DNA of 64,000 nucleotides from Longimicrobiales bacterium. Its GTDB lineage: Bacteria; Gemmatimonadota; Gemmatimonadetes; Longimicrobiales; Gaopeijiaceae. Within the stretch, counting starts at the first letter, position 1; every line of letters starts with the position of its first letter. Shown here piece by piece: positions 1-12,579 of the stretch. The position numbers were made by a program, and so were the translations under genes. Location of the stretch: positions 224,001 through 288,000 of the forward strand of contig CAXXKM010000001.1 of assembly GCA_963664435.2 (NCBI GenBank), read 5' to 3'. Below the pieces are notes generated by a model. It ran no database searches. It was not told the DNA's origin and saw only the letters and a program-made list of their open reading frames with translations.

Positions 1-848
1 GCCCGAATCCCGCCGACGTCCAGCTGCAGCCCGGTGTTGAAGTCCCATCCGTCGTATTCGCCCATGAGGTTCAGGAGCACCCCCCGGGACAGCTGGATGT
101 GCAGTGCGGTGGCCGCGAGCCAGCCGCGCGAGTAACGCCTGCCGTACCAGCCGAGATCGCTTCCGCTCCCGCCGAACATCCCCATGCCGTATCCCAGCCC
201 GAAGGTCAGGTCGTGCTCCGGAAGGGCGTCGCTGTCCACGCCGGCGAGCTGGAAGGTCGCCATCGCGTACGGAGAGAACGAGGTCGCCATGTCGTCGACC
301 AGGCCTCCCTCGTATTCGCCGTAGAATCGGATGTCGGGGAATCCGAGCCGGGGAGGAATGTGGTCTTGCCCCTCCCCGGAGAAGGAAGGTCCGCTCACGA
401 AGCGCGCCCCCCCCGCCAACCCGAATCCCGACGACTCGGGACTCACCAGCGCGACGCGGCCGAATGCCCCGACCATGTTCCCGCCGTCTTCGGCATCGGC
501 GAAATTCTGGAAGGAGGCGCCGAGTTCGACGCGGTCGAAGAGGCCGATCGCAACCGACGCGTCCTGCAGCCACTCGCTCCACTCGCCCGAGAGACGACCC
601 TTTTCGATCCCTCTCTGGGAGATGAATACGCGCTCGTCCACGCTGATCCCGAACCCCGAATAGGTGCCCGTGATCGCGAGATGCGGGAGCGTGGAAGCGG
701 CGGGGACGTTGAAGAATCCGGAACCGTACCGCAGCGTGCTGCCGATCTTGGTGCCCTGAGCGTCGAGCGGCTGAACCTGAGCAGCCCCGGCCAGCCCCAC
801 GAGCAAGAGGGGCATCCAGCGTCCTCGTCGATTGCCACGTCCTCTCAT
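1..848 (-). CDS. Secreted/outer-membrane beta-rich protein (possibly YjbH-like barrel or OmpA-family N-terminus), runs off the left edge
   Basis: Absent from the ORF track because it has no stop in the window. ATG at 848 follows an AGGAG SD (856-860). Translates MRGRGNRRGRWMPLLLVGLAGAAQVQPLDAQGTKIGSTLRYGSGFFNVPAAST...LMGEYDGWDFNTGLQLDVGGIR: a signal peptide followed by amphipathic beta-strand pattern. Confidence 0.7.
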   Translation of the reverse strand, partial: MRGRGNRRGRWMPLLLVGLAGAAQVQPLDAQGTKIGSTLRYGSGFFNVPAASTLPHLAITGTYSGFGISVDERVFISQRGIEKGRLSGEWSEWLQDASVAIGLFDRVELGASFQNFADAEDGGNMVGAFGRVALVSPESSGFGLAGGARFVSGPSFSGEGQDHIPPRLGFPDIRFYGEYEGGLVDDMATSFSPYAMATFQLAGVDSDALPEHDLTFGLGYGMGMFGGSGSDLGWYGRRYSRGWLAATALHIQLSRGVLLNLMGEYDGWDFNTGLQLDVGGIR

Positions 849-983
849 CCTGTCACTCCTTGCGAGCGTCCATGCGCCGCGACCCGTGCCCGACCTGTAG
901 CCGATCGCACACTCGGGCGCAAACGCCGAAGTGTTGAAAAAATAGGCCGAAGGAGAGCCGAAATCCAGCGAGTGTAACGCGGT

Positions 984-1229
984 TCACGCGTCGCGATCCC
1001 CGGTTCCCCCGTGCTCCAGTCCGCGCATCCGCGTGCCGATGGAGAACATCCAGCCCACAAGCAGCAGCCACGCCAGCGAATAGGCGATGAAGACGTACCA
1101 GTACGGCCGCAGCGACTGCTGTGCGAGCACCTCGGTTCCCACCTGGGCGCTCACGGGCGCAGCGAAAGCCAGCAACGCCGCCAGCGCGGCCAGAAGGACG
1201 GTTTCCGGTCGGGAACGAAGAATACGCAT
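984..1229 (-). CDS. ccmD: CcmD-family small membrane protein
   Basis: YWYVFIAYSLAWLLLVGWMFSIGTRMRGLE single-TM pattern; last gene of the ccm operon; AGGAG SD. Confidence 0.7.
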   Translation of the reverse strand: MRILRSRPETVLLAALAALLAFAAPVSAQVGTEVLAQQSLRPYWYVFIAYSLAWLLLVGWMFSIGTRMRGLEHGGTGDRDA

Positions 1230-1239
1230 GGCCGGCTCC

Positions 1240-1944
1240 TTAGGCTGCCCGAGGCTGGTCGCGCGTTTCCAGGGCATGCTGGTAACGCAGATGCTCGAGG
1301 CCGTATCTGAAGATGACGATGGAGAAGAAGATGAGGGTAAAGGCCAGCAGCCCGACCATCAGGGTGATCAGCATGTCCGAATCCAGCGTCGGCCCCTCAT
1401 CGATATTGAGCACCACAGGCTGGGGATGGAGCGACGGGAACCAGAGCACGCTGACGTGGACGAGCGGAATCAGCAGCGCTCCCAGGACGCCGATCACCGC
1501 CGCCATGCGTTTTCCCGCCAGCCGATCTTCCGCCGAAGCGCGCACGAGGAAGTAGCCGAGGAAGACGAACCACATGAGTAGCGTCAGGGTCAGGCGCGGC
1601 TCCCAGGTCCAGGGCGTCCCCCAGGCGTACGCCGCCCAGAGCGGCCCCGAGGTGAGCATGATCGCCCCGAAGACGAGCCCCCCCTCGGCCGCGGACTGCG
1701 CCGCCCAGTCCAGCCGCTCGTCGCGCAGCCAGAGATAGGCGGCCCCGCACAGCGCGGTGATGCCGAAGGCGAGGAAGGTCACCCATGCGGAGGGGACGTG
1801 CACGTAGAAGATGCGCTGCACGATCCCCATGGTGCGCTCCGTCCCCACCCAGAAGAAGACCAGCCAGTGGAGAACCAGCACGCCGGCGACGCCCAGGACC
1901 CCCAATACCATCGCCATCCATCGGATGCGCGTCAGTGACATCAT
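1240..1944 (-). CDS. ccmC: Heme exporter / cytochrome c biogenesis protein CcmC
   Basis: QRIFYVHVPSAW and the WWD-like motif WAAYAWGTPWTWEPRLT, with a C-terminal LHP; ATGA overlap with the ccmB stop. Confidence 0.93.
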   Translation of the reverse strand: MMSLTRIRWMAMVLGVLGVAGVLVLHWLVFFWVGTERTMGIVQRIFYVHVPSAWVTFLAFGITALCGAAYLWLRDERLDWAAQSAAEGGLVFGAIMLTSGPLWAAYAWGTPWTWEPRLTLTLLMWFVFLGYFLVRASAEDRLAGKRMAAVIGVLGALLIPLVHVSVLWFPSLHPQPVVLNIDEGPTLDSDMLITLMVGLLAFTLIFFSIVIFRYGLEHLRYQHALETRDQPRAA

Positions 1945-2621
1945 TCCTCCACCACGTATCGAAACAGGATCGCGCCCGCCGCGAGCGAAAGCACGGCAAA
2001 GGCCGCCAGCAGATAGAGGCTGCCCTCGACCTCCTGTGCGGGACGCGAGGCGAAGATGCGTCCCGTGGCCGTGACTCCGAAGATGACGACAGGAACCAGA
2101 AGCGGAAAGATCAGGATGGGAAGAAGGGTCTGTCCCATGGTGGTCTGCGCCGATATGGCGCTGAACAGCGTGGTGACGGCCACGACTCCGAGCGTCGCCA
2201 CGGCGAGCACGCCGGCAAGCAGGAGAGGATCGCCTCCGTAATCGAATCCGAAGAACAGCCAATAGGCCGCGAGCGCGATCACCTCGATCAACGCGACCAG
2301 CACGAAATTCGAGATCACCTTGGCCAGGTATATGCCATCCAGTGGAATGGGGCTTGCGAGAAGGCCCTGGATCGCGCCGTGCTCCCGCTCCATCTCGAAG
2401 GTCCGGCCCATGCCCAGCATGCCTCCGAACAGGATCGTCATCCAGAGCAGGCCCGCCGCCAGCTGCTGCATCCGCACCAGCCCCTGATCGATCGCGAAAT
2501 GAAAAAGGATGGCCACGAGCACGGTCAGCCCGCCCATCGCCGCCAGCCGTTCCCGGGTGCGCAGTTCGAGCAGGAGATCCTTGCGCACGATGGCTGCGAC
2601 CTGCCGGAGATAGACGGTCAC
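1941..2621 (-). CDS. ccmB: Heme exporter protein CcmB
   Basis: KDLLLELR N-terminus, multiple TM segments, LLPILIFPLLVPVVI motif. Confidence 0.92.
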   Translation of the reverse strand: MTVYLRQVAAIVRKDLLLELRTRERLAAMGGLTVLVAILFHFAIDQGLVRMQQLAAGLLWMTILFGGMLGMGRTFEMEREHGAIQGLLASPIPLDGIYLAKVISNFVLVALIEVIALAAYWLFFGFDYGGDPLLLAGVLAVATLGVVAVTTLFSAISAQTTMGQTLLPILIFPLLVPVVIFGVTATGRIFASRPAQEVEGSLYLLAAFAVLSLAAGAILFRYVVEE

Positions 2622-3364
2622 GCCCCCTCCTCCACGGCGCGCCGGTAGGATCTCTCCAGGCCGCCGGCGTCCAGTTCGGCCCGCCGGGCCTCGAACACAA
2701 ACCTGCCGCGCACCTGGATTGCCACGCGATCGGCCAGTTCGAGCCCCCTCCCCAGGTTGTGTGTGACCATGACGACCGTGCGCCCGCCGTGTTTCAGCGC
2801 CGACAGCAACTCCTGGAGCAGCGCGCCGGCATAGGCGTCGAGTCCGGTGTACGGCTCGTCGAGGAGGACGATCTCCGGGTCGTGGAGCAGCGCCCGCGCT
2901 ACCGCCAGCCGCTGCACCGTACCCCGCGACAGCGTGTCCACCCGGCTGTCGGCGTAGCGTTCGAGGCCGACGTCGCGCAGGCGGTCCGGCACCCGGGAGT
3001 CCAGGTCTTCGAGGCCGTGCAGACGGCCGTGGAACAGGAGGTTCTCGCGCGCGGTCAGGCGACCGTACAGGAAGCTCAGGTGAGACAGAATGCCGATCCG
3101 GCCGCGCGCCGCCCGGTCGCCGATCGTGAGGGGAATCCCGGACACCCGCACCTCGCCGGTCGTGGGGCGAAGCCCTCCCGCGAGCAGCCGCAGGAGGGAG
3201 GTCTTGCCGGCGCCGTTGGGACCGAACACCGAGAGGAACTCGCCGGCGCCGAGACGGAAGGACACGTGATCCACGGCCCGCACCGGCCCGTAGTCCCGGA
3301 CCAGCGACGCCGCCTCCAGCACCGGAGCGTGGGTGCGGGGGGCGGCGGAGGGAGAACCGGACAT
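2618..3364 (-). CDS. ccmA: Heme ABC exporter ATP-binding protein CcmA
   Basis: Walker A GPNGAGKT, LSRG signature, LLDEPYTGLD; operon context. Confidence 0.9.
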   Translation of the reverse strand: MSGSPSAAPRTHAPVLEAASLVRDYGPVRAVDHVSFRLGAGEFLSVFGPNGAGKTSLLRLLAGGLRPTTGEVRVSGIPLTIGDRAARGRIGILSHLSFLYGRLTARENLLFHGRLHGLEDLDSRVPDRLRDVGLERYADSRVDTLSRGTVQRLAVARALLHDPEIVLLDEPYTGLDAYAGALLQELLSALKHGGRTVVMVTHNLGRGLELADRVAIQVRGRFVFEARRAELDAGGLERSYRRAVEEGA

Positions 3365-3368
3365 CAGG

Positions 3369-3848
3369 TCATCGGCCCCGTGCGGCCGCGGCCTCCTCCC
3401 CGCGTTCCGACTCCAGTTGTCGGCCGCAGGTCGCGCAGAAGAGCGCCTCCGCGACGTTGGCGCTGCCGCAGCGGTCGCACAGCGTCCTCGATCTCAGGGC
3501 CGCCCGATAGGCCGCGATTTCCCGCTCGAGGTCGTCCGCCACGGCGTCCTTCGCCGGCGGTGCGTCCTCAGCCTGATCCCGGCTCCGCTGCACCTCCCGC
3601 AGCGCATCCAGCGCTTCGCGTCCCAACTCGTCGCGCAATCGCCGGTAGTCGCGTTCGTCGACCTTGCCGGTCGCGAAGTCATACTCGACGTCGCGCAGCG
3701 CCACCAGGCTCAGGTGCCTGCGCGCCTCCGCCTCGGTGAACTCCTCGTCCAGGCTCGCGAGGGACGCCCTCTCCCCGCTGAACACGGGCTGCACGACGTA
3801 CAGGACCACCGCCGCCGCGACCAGAACGGCCCCCAGCAGGATCATCAT
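3369..3848 (-). CDS. Membrane-anchored zinc-ribbon protein (CcmI-like N-terminus)
   Basis: N-terminal TM segment, LRDVEYDFATGKVDERDY motif, C-terminal CDRC...FCATCG. Confidence 0.75.
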   Translation of the reverse strand: MMILLGAVLVAAAVVLYVVQPVFSGERASLASLDEEFTEAEARRHLSLVALRDVEYDFATGKVDERDYRRLRDELGREALDALREVQRSRDQAEDAPPAKDAVADDLEREIAAYRAALRSRTLCDRCGSANVAEALFCATCGRQLESERGEEAAAARGR

Positions 3849-3922
3849 GCGCTATGCAACGTCATCATGGGCGATGCGGCGGCGGAGCCGGGGGCGGGGA
3901 CCGAACGGGACGGCGGCCCGGG

Positions 3923-5958
<2,036 letters not shown>

Positions 5959-5962
<4 letters not shown>

Positions 5963-6375
5963 CCGGCCATCTCGTCCGGCATCGCCTCGTAGCGGCTGCC
6001 ACACTTGGTCAGCACCGTGGTCGCCTCGAAGACACCGTCGCGGCGGAAACGCCCTTCGACCACGACTTCGGTCTCGTCGCTGAAGGTGTCCGGGAGAATG
6101 TCACGATACTCCACCCGGAAGCTGGCGTCCTCCCGGGCGAGGTCCATCACCGAGAAGTAGTGCTCGAACGCGCCCGCGCCCTCGTAGCTTCCCTCGACCA
6201 CCCGGCCGCTGACCTTCACCCCGATGTCGTGGAAGGTGTCGTCCTCGGCCACCTTCGCCATGAGTTCGACCGGGGTCAGGTAGTACACCATCGCCTTGTC
6301 GAAACCGGTCCAGATAAGGAAGGTCACGACCATGGCGACGCCGACCAGACCGATATAGAAGCGGCTGTTCTTCAT
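5959..6375 (-). CDS. ccmE: Heme chaperone CcmE (CxxxY type)
   Basis: YYLTP, LPDTF, VVVEG, LTKCGSRY. Confidence 0.92.
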
Positions 6376-6448
6376 CCGCTGCGCTCCTGTGTCCCGTGTG
6401 TCCCGCACCCGGCCCGACTGCCTCGAGTCCGGCCTTGCCAGCATTCAA

Positions 6449-6476
6449 AATATAGGAGGGAGGCGCGGTTTCTCAA
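6449..6476 (-). promoter_or_regulatory. Candidate sigma70 promoter for the ccm operon
   Basis: TTGAGA-N16-TATATT on the minus strand, in an AT-rich patch upstream of ccmE. Confidence 0.4.
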
Positions 6477-7990
6477 ACCTGAGCGGGTTGCTCGCCCCCG
6501 CGGGCCCAGCTGCGCGCGGCCGCGACCGCCCTATCCCACCCGGCGATGAGCGCCGCGCGGTCTTCGGAGCCCATCGCGGGCGAGTAGACGTCGGGATCCC
6601 CGGAGGAGGCCGCGAACACCTCTCCGTCCGGCCACATGCCTGCCGCGATCCCCGCCAGGCCGGCCGCCCCGAGCGCGGTGGTCTCCACCCGCGGCGCTCG
6701 TCGCACGGGCACGTCCAGCACGTCCGCCTGGAACTGCATCAGCCACCGGTTGCGCGCCGCCCCGCCGTCGGCGCGCAGCTCCCGGGTGGCCAGCCCGGCG
6801 TCCCCCTCCATGGCACGGATGACGTCGACCGTGCCGTACGCCATCGACTCGAGCGCCGCGCGGGCCAGGTGGGACGCGGTCGTCCCGCGCGTGATGCCCA
6901 CCATCGTCCCGCGCGCCTCCGGGATCCAGTGGGGCGCCCCAAGCCCGACGAACGCGGGCACGAAGTAGACTCCGGCGTTATCCGCGACCTCGCGGGCGCG
7001 CTCCTCCGATTCCGCGGCGTGGTCGAGGATGCCCAGGCCGTCGCGCAGCCACTGAACGGACGCGCCCGCCGAAAAGATAGATCCCTCCAGGGCGTACGCC
7101 GGGCCGCCGCGCGCGTCGCAGGCCAGCGTGGTGAGAAGCCCGTTGTCCGAGGGCACCACCTCCTGGCCCGTATGCAGCAGCAGGAACGCCCCGGTGCCGT
7201 AGGTCACCTTGGCGAGGCCGGCGCGGATGCACCCCTGCCCGAAGAGGGCGGCCTGCTGGTCCCCGACCACGCCCGCAATCGGAACTTCCGTCCCCAGGTG
7301 CTCGCCGCGTACGACCCCGAAGTCGCCGGAGCTGGAGCGGACCTCGGGCAGGATGTCCGCGGGGACTTCGAGCAGGTCGGCGAGCGACGGGTCCCAGGCC
7401 CGGCGGTGCAGATCGTAGAGGAGGGTGCGGGAGGCATTGGTGTGGTCGGTGGCGTGTACCGCCCCGCCGGTCAGGCGAGCCACCAGCCAGGCGTCGATGG
7501 TGCCCGCGGCCAGGTCGCCGGCTTCCGCCGCCGAGCGCAGCTCCGGGCGCTCGCGAAAGAGCCAGGTCAGCTTGGTTCCCGAGAAGTAGGGATCCAGAAC
7601 CAGCCCCGTGCGCCGGCGCACCTCGGACTCGTGGCCCCCGCGGCGCAACTCCCTGCATATCGAAGCGGTGCGGCGGTCCTGCCAGACGATCGCCCGGCAC
7701 ACCGGCTCGAGCGAGGCGCGGTCCCACAGCACCACGGTCTCGCGCTGGTTGGCGATGCCGATGGCCTCCAGGCGCGCCTCCCCGCCGGCGTCGTCCAGCG
7801 CGGCGCGCGCGACCCGCCGGGTAACCCGCCAGATCTCCTCCGCGTCGTGCTCGACCCGGCCCGGCCGGGGAAAGTGCTGGGTGAACTCCGAGTAGCCGCG
7901 TCCCACGATCCGTCCGTCGCTCGTCACCACGAGGGCGGTCGAGCCGGTCGTGCCCTGGTCGAGGGCCAGAACCGCGGATGGTCTGCTCAC
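6473..7990 (-). CDS. glpK: Glycerol kinase
   Basis: LALDQGTTGS, NQRETV, AIVWQDRRT, DPYFSGTK, GDQQAALFG, YALEGS. Confidence 0.97.
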   Translation of the reverse strand: MSRPSAVLALDQGTTGSTALVVTSDGRIVGRGYSEFTQHFPRPGRVEHDAEEIWRVTRRVARAALDDAGGEARLEAIGIANQRETVVLWDRASLEPVCRAIVWQDRRTASICRELRRGGHESEVRRRTGLVLDPYFSGTKLTWLFRERPELRSAAEAGDLAAGTIDAWLVARLTGGAVHATDHTNASRTLLYDLHRRAWDPSLADLLEVPADILPEVRSSSGDFGVVRGEHLGTEVPIAGVVGDQQAALFGQGCIRAGLAKVTYGTGAFLLLHTGQEVVPSDNGLLTTLACDARGGPAYALEGSIFSAGASVQWLRDGLGILDHAAESEERAREVADNAGVYFVPAFVGLGAPHWIPEARGTMVGITRGTTASHLARAALESMAYGTVDVIRAMEGDAGLATRELRADGGAARNRWLMQFQADVLDVPVRRAPRVETTALGAAGLAGIAAGMWPDGEVFAASSGDPDVYSPAMGSEDRAALIAGWDRAVAAARSWARGGEQPAQV

Positions 7991-8646
7991 AACTTCGCTC
8001 CGGTTTCCGGTCTCACCTCAACTTCGGATGCCGTTGCCCGACCACCGAAGCCGTACGGGACGCCGGCGGCGCCCAGCAGGCCCACGAGCAGCGGCACGGG
8101 CAGCCCCACCACCGTGAAGTAGTCGCCCTCCAGCGACTCCACCAGCACCGCGCCGGCGCCCTGTATGGCATAGGCTCCCGCCTTGTCCATCGGCTCCCCG
8201 GTGGCCACGTAGGCCCGAGCCTCCTGCTCGGCGAAGGATCGCAGCCATACCGTGGTTCGCGAGACGCCGGCGTGCACGCACCCGTCAGGCTCCACCAGCG
8301 CCAGCGCGCTGACCACCTCGTGGGCTCGGCCGGACAGGCTGAGAAGCATCGCGACCGCATGATCGGCGTCGCCGGGCTTGCCCAGGATGGTCCCGTCCCG
8401 CACCACGACCGTATCGCCGCCCAGCACCAGCCTCCCCGGCCGGCGCCGCGCCACCGTGCGCGCCTTCCCCTCCGCCAGACGCCGCGTATGCGCGACCGGG
8501 TCCTCCCCGGGCAGCACCTCCTCCGGGATGTCCGCCGGGTCGATCTCGAACGGGATCGCCAGCATCGAGAGCAGGTCCGCGCGCCGGGGCGACCGGGACG
8601 CGAGCACGAGACGGTGGCCCCGCCCATCCGCCGGCCGCGCGGTCAC
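7987..8646 (-). CDS. maf: Maf-family nucleoside triphosphate pyrophosphatase
   Basis: [36 protein letters not shown] overlap with the dtd stop. Confidence 0.93.
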   Translation of the reverse strand: MTARPADGRGHRLVLASRSPRRADLLSMLAIPFEIDPADIPEEVLPGEDPVAHTRRLAEGKARTVARRRPGRLVLGGDTVVVRDGTILGKPGDADHAVAMLLSLSGRAHEVVSALALVEPDGCVHAGVSRTTVWLRSFAEQEARAYVATGEPMDKAGAYAIQGAGAVLVESLEGDYFTVVGLPVPLLVGLLGAAGVPYGFGGRATASEVEVRPETGAKL

Positions 8647-9083
8647 CGTTCGAGCACCAGCGTGACGGGACCGTCGTTTACGAGCTCCACGTCCATCATG
8701 GCGCCGAACACGCCGGTCTCGACCCGACCCGGGGCCTTCTCCCGCAGGAGCGCCACGAAGTCCTCGTAGAGAGGCACCGCCACGTCCGGCCCCGCCGCCC
8801 GAATGAAGCTCGGCCGGCGTCCCTTGCGGGTATCCCCGTACAGCGTGAACTGGCTCACGACCAGAACGTCGCCGGAGACATCCTGGAGCGACAGGTTCAT
8901 TCTGCCCTGCGGATCGTTGAAGACGCGCAGCCCCAGCACCTTGTTGGCCATCCACCTGAGCGCGTCCGCGCTGTCCCCGCGGGTGAATCCGGCCAGCAGC
9001 AGGAGCCCGGGACCGATGCGGCCCACCACCGAGCCGTCGACGGTCACCGAGGCGCGCGCCACGCGCTGGAGCACGATCCTCAC
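8643..9083 (-). CDS. dtd: D-aminoacyl-tRNA deacylase
   Basis: [33 protein letters not shown]. Confidence 0.97.
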   Translation of the reverse strand: MRIVLQRVARASVTVDGSVVGRIGPGLLLLAGFTRGDSADALRWMANKVLGLRVFNDPQGRMNLSLQDVSGDVLVVSQFTLYGDTRKGRRPSFIRAAGPDVAVPLYEDFVALLREKAPGRVETGVFGAMMDVELVNDGPVTLVLER

Positions 9084-9147
9084 CTCGCGCCCCCGCCGCA
9101 GACCGGCCCGGCAGGCGTGATCCCCATCCGTCCCCGCGCCCGGGTCT

Positions 9148-10986
9148 TCACTCGACGGTGACCGACTTGGCCAGGTTGCGGGGCTGATCCACGTCGCAGC
9201 CCCGGAGGACGGCGATGTGGTAGGCGAGCAGCTGAAGGGGCACCGTGGTAAGCACGGGGCGCAGGAAGGGCAGCGTGTCCGGCACCCGGATGACGTGGTC
9301 CACCTTGTCCTCGAGTTCCGAGTTGCCTTCGCTGACGACGGCGATCACGCGCGCATCCCTCGCCTTCACCTCCTCGATATTGGAAACGACCTTCGGATAG
9401 ACGGGATCGCTGGGGGCGAGGATCACGACCGGCATGGCCTCGTCGATCAGCGCGATGGGGCCGTGCTTCATCTCCGCGGCGGGATAGCCTTCGGCGTGGA
9501 TGTAGCTCACCTCCTTGAGCTTGAGCGCCCCCTCCAGCGCCACCGGAAACTGGAAGCCGCGGCCCAGATAGAGGAAGTTGGGCGCGTCCTTGCAGGTGCG
9601 GGCCAGTTCCAGGATGGAATCGTTCAGCTTCAGGACCTCCTCCACCTGTCCCGGGAGCGCCTGCATGGCCTCGACGATGCGGCGTCCTCCCAGCAATGAG
9701 ATCTGCCGGCGCCGGCCCATCCACAGGGCGAACAGGGCGAGCACCACGAGCTGGCTGGTGAAGGCCTTGGTGGACGCCACCCCCACCTCCGGCCCGGCGT
9801 GGAGGTGGCAGCCGAAGGCGGTTTCGCGCGCGATGGAGGAGCCCACCACGTTGACGATGCCCATGGTGCGCGCTCCCCGGCGTCGCGCCTCCCGCAACGC
9901 GGCCAGCGTGTCCGCGGTCTCTCCGGACTGGCTGATCGCGACCACCAGGGTGCGCTCGTTCAGCACAGGGTTCTTGTAGCGGAACTCCGAGGCGTACTCC
10001 ACCTCGACCGGGATGCGCGCGAGATCCTCGAGCATGTATTCGCCGATCAGCGCCGCGTGCCAGCTGGTTCCGCACGCCGTCATGACCACGCGATCCACGG
10101 AGAGCAGTTCTTCGCGGTGCCGCTCGATGCCGCCCAGGCGAGCCGTCCCCTCGGCCTCCAACAACCGTCCCCGAAGGACGTCGCGCAGACTGCGCGGCTG
10201 CTCGCAGATCTCCTTCAGCATGAAATGCTCGAAACCGCCGCGCTCGATGGCGGAGAGGTCCCAGGTCACCTGGTGCACGGAGCGGCGCACCGTGCCCCGC
10301 CCCATGTGGTAGACCCGGTAGCCGGTGCGCTCGAGCTTCGCATAGTCGCCGTCCGCGAGGTAGACGACATCCCGCGTCCGGGCCACGACGGCGGCCGCGT
10401 CGGAGCCCACCAGGTATTGGCCCGAGGCTCCCACCCCGAGCAGGAGCGGGCTCCCCCGGCGCGCCGCGACCAGCTTGCCCGGCTCGTGCGCGGAGATCGC
10501 CGCGATGCCATAGGTGCCCTCGACCCGTTCCAGCGCGAGCGCGAGGGCTTCCTCCAGCGGAGATCCCTCCCTGCGGAAGAAATCGACCAGGTGCACGACG
10601 ACTTCGGTGTCGGTATCGCTGCGGAACCGGTATCCGCGCGCCTCGAGCCGTCGCCTGAGCAGGGCCGCGTTCTCGATGATGCCGTTGTGGACCAGGGCCA
10701 CGCCGCCATCCTGACTGACATGGGGATGGGCGTTGCGCTCGGTCGGGGCGCCATGGGTGGCCCAGCGCGTATGGGCGATGCCGCAACTCCCCCGCGGCGA
10801 GTCGCGGCCGATGGCCGCCTCCACCCGCCCCAGCTTGCCCGCCCGCTTCACCACGCGCAGCCCGGCGTCGCCGTCGACCACCGCGAGACCGGCCGAGTCG
10901 TATCCGCGGTACTCGAGACGGCGCAGGCCCTCGAGCAGCACGGGGGTCGCGTCCTCCGGACCCACGTATCCGACTATTCCGCACAT
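9148..10986 (-). CDS. glmS: Glutamine-fructose-6-phosphate aminotransferase
   Basis: MCGIVGY N-terminal nucleophile, [11 protein letters not shown]-terminal [11 protein letters not shown]. Confidence 0.98.
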   Translation of the reverse strand: MCGIVGYVGPEDATPVLLEGLRRLEYRGYDSAGLAVVDGDAGLRVVKRAGKLGRVEAAIGRDSPRGSCGIAHTRWATHGAPTERNAHPHVSQDGGVALVHNGIIENAALLRRRLEARGYRFRSDTDTEVVVHLVDFFRREGSPLEEALALALERVEGTYGIAAISAHEPGKLVAARRGSPLLLGVGASGQYLVGSDAAAVVARTRDVVYLADGDYAKLERTGYRVYHMGRGTVRRSVHQVTWDLSAIERGGFEHFMLKEICEQPRSLRDVLRGRLLEAEGTARLGGIERHREELLSVDRVVMTACGTSWHAALIGEYMLEDLARIPVEVEYASEFRYKNPVLNERTLVVAISQSGETADTLAALREARRRGARTMGIVNVVGSSIARETAFGCHLHAGPEVGVASTKAFTSQLVVLALFALWMGRRRQISLLGGRRIVEAMQALPGQVEEVLKLNDSILELARTCKDAPNFLYLGRGFQFPVALEGALKLKEVSYIHAEGYPAAEMKHGPIALIDEAMPVVILAPSDPVYPKVVSNIEEVKARDARVIAVVSEGNSELEDKVDHVIRVPDTLPFLRPVLTTVPLQLLAYHIAVLRGCDVDQPRNLAKSVTVE

Positions 10987-11079
10987 GTCGTCTTCGATGC
11001 TGGGGTCATTCGGGCACCCGGGCCGCCGCCTCTGCAGCCGCCGCGCCCGCACCACACGGAAGCTACCGCGCGCACCACC

Positions 11080-12471
11080 TCAGGGGGAACGCGCCAGCCC
11101 GTCCAACTCGGCGCGCGCGTCCTCCACGAGCTTCCCCGCGCGCGGCCCGGCCGGCGCTTCCGCGATCAGCCGCACCACCGGCTCCGTGCCGGAGGGCCGC
11201 ACGTGCAGCCACTCGCGGCGGTCGGGCCAGGTCAGCCGCAGCCCGTCGGCGCGGTCCCGGTGCGCGCCGGGCCAGCGCTGCTGCAGGCGAACGTAGGCGG
11301 TTTCCAGCACCTCCCTGGGGAAGGCGACCTTTTCCTTCACGATGCGGTAGTCCGGATAGCGGCCGACGGCAGCCGCCAGCGAGATCCCTTCGTCGAGAAG
11401 ATGCTGGAGCACGAGCGCGGCGCCCACCAGTGCGTCCCGGGTGTGGTGCAGCGCCGGCACGATCACCCCGCCGTTCCCTTCCCCGCCCACCACGGCTCGC
11501 TCCGCCTGCATGCGGCGCACCACGTTGATCTCGCCCACGGGCGCGCGCAACGTCTTCGCCCCGGTGGCGGCCGAGGCGTCCTCGATCACCTGGCTGGTGG
11601 AAAGGTTGGTCACCACCAGCCCCGGAAACCGTCTGGTCACGGCCGCGGCTGCCAGGGCCAGAGTGAAGTCCTCGCCGACCGGATCACCGGTCTCGTCCAC
11701 AAGCGACAGGCGGTCCACGTCGGGGTCCACCGCCATCCCCAGGTCGGCCCGGCTCTCCCGCACCAGCGCCCCCAGGTCGCCCAGGTTCGCGGCGGTCGGC
11801 TCGGGGTCGCGCGGAAAGCGACCGTCCATCTCCAACCCAATGGCGTCGACGCGGCACCCCAGGCGCTCCAGCAGTTCGGGCATGACCGCGCCCCCCGCCC
11901 CGTGAACGCAGTCGAGCGCCACGGAGAATCTGCGCGCACGCAGCGCGGCAACGTCCACGAAGGGAAGGTCCAGGACCGCCCGCAGGTGCCGCCGGGCCGC
12001 GCCATCGTCCCTCGTGAGCTCCCCGACCCGATCCCAGGGCGCGCGCGGAATCTCCCCCTCCAGCACCCGCTCGAACCGCGCCATCCCGGGTGCGTCCAGG
12101 AACATTCCCTCGGCCGTAGCGAACTTGAGGGCGTTCCACTCCGCGGGATTGTGGCTCGCCGTGACCGCGATCCCGCCAGCCGCGCGGGCGTCGCGAACCG
12201 CCATCATGAGCGTCGGGGTGGGCACGATGCCGATGTCGACCACGTCGCACCCCACCGACGCCAGTCCGGCACCGGCAGCCGCCGCGAGCATGCGCCCGGA
12301 CGTCCGCGAATCCCGTCCCAGCATCACGGATCGCCCCGCGCCCTCGCCGCGCAGGAATCCGCCGTACGCCGCCGCGACCGCGGCGACCAGCTCGGGCGTG
12401 AGCGGATCTCCCACCCGGCCCCGGAAGCCCGAAACACTGACCATGAGCCCGCGCGGAAGCACGATCGGCAT
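11080..12471 (-). CDS. glmM: Phosphoglucosamine mutase / phosphomannomutase
   Basis: SVSGFRG, TASHNP phosphoserine loop, DPDVDR, GGEGNGG, RPSGTEP; adjacent to glmS. Confidence 0.88.
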   Translation of the reverse strand: MPIVLPRGLMVSVSGFRGRVGDPLTPELVAAVAAAYGGFLRGEGAGRSVMLGRDSRTSGRMLAAAAGAGLASVGCDVVDIGIVPTPTLMMAVRDARAAGGIAVTASHNPAEWNALKFATAEGMFLDAPGMARFERVLEGEIPRAPWDRVGELTRDDGAARRHLRAVLDLPFVDVAALRARRFSVALDCVHGAGGAVMPELLERLGCRVDAIGLEMDGRFPRDPEPTAANLGDLGALVRESRADLGMAVDPDVDRLSLVDETGDPVGEDFTLALAAAAVTRRFPGLVVTNLSTSQVIEDASAATGAKTLRAPVGEINVVRRMQAERAVVGGEGNGGVIVPALHHTRDALVGAALVLQHLLDEGISLAAAVGRYPDYRIVKEKVAFPREVLETAYVRLQQRWPGAHRDRADGLRLTWPDRREWLHVRPSGTEPVVRLIAEAPAGPRAGKLVEDARAELDGLARSP

Positions 12472-12579
12472 AGCTGGCAACCCCCTGTTGGGCGGCGGGA
12501 CTCGCCTTCGTCCCGTCGCGCGGACTAGATTCGAGCCGTTCACAGTTGTCCAGAACCCCTTCGGCCACATCCCGGATCC

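Noticed and set aside
3849..3922. Possible remnant of a deleted ccmH between ccmF and the zinc-ribbon gene
   Set aside because: Only 74 bp with no diagnostic motif.
10987..11079. Possible glmS ribozyme upstream of glmS
   Set aside because: The gap is short and lacks the conserved AGCGCC / GACGAGG core.
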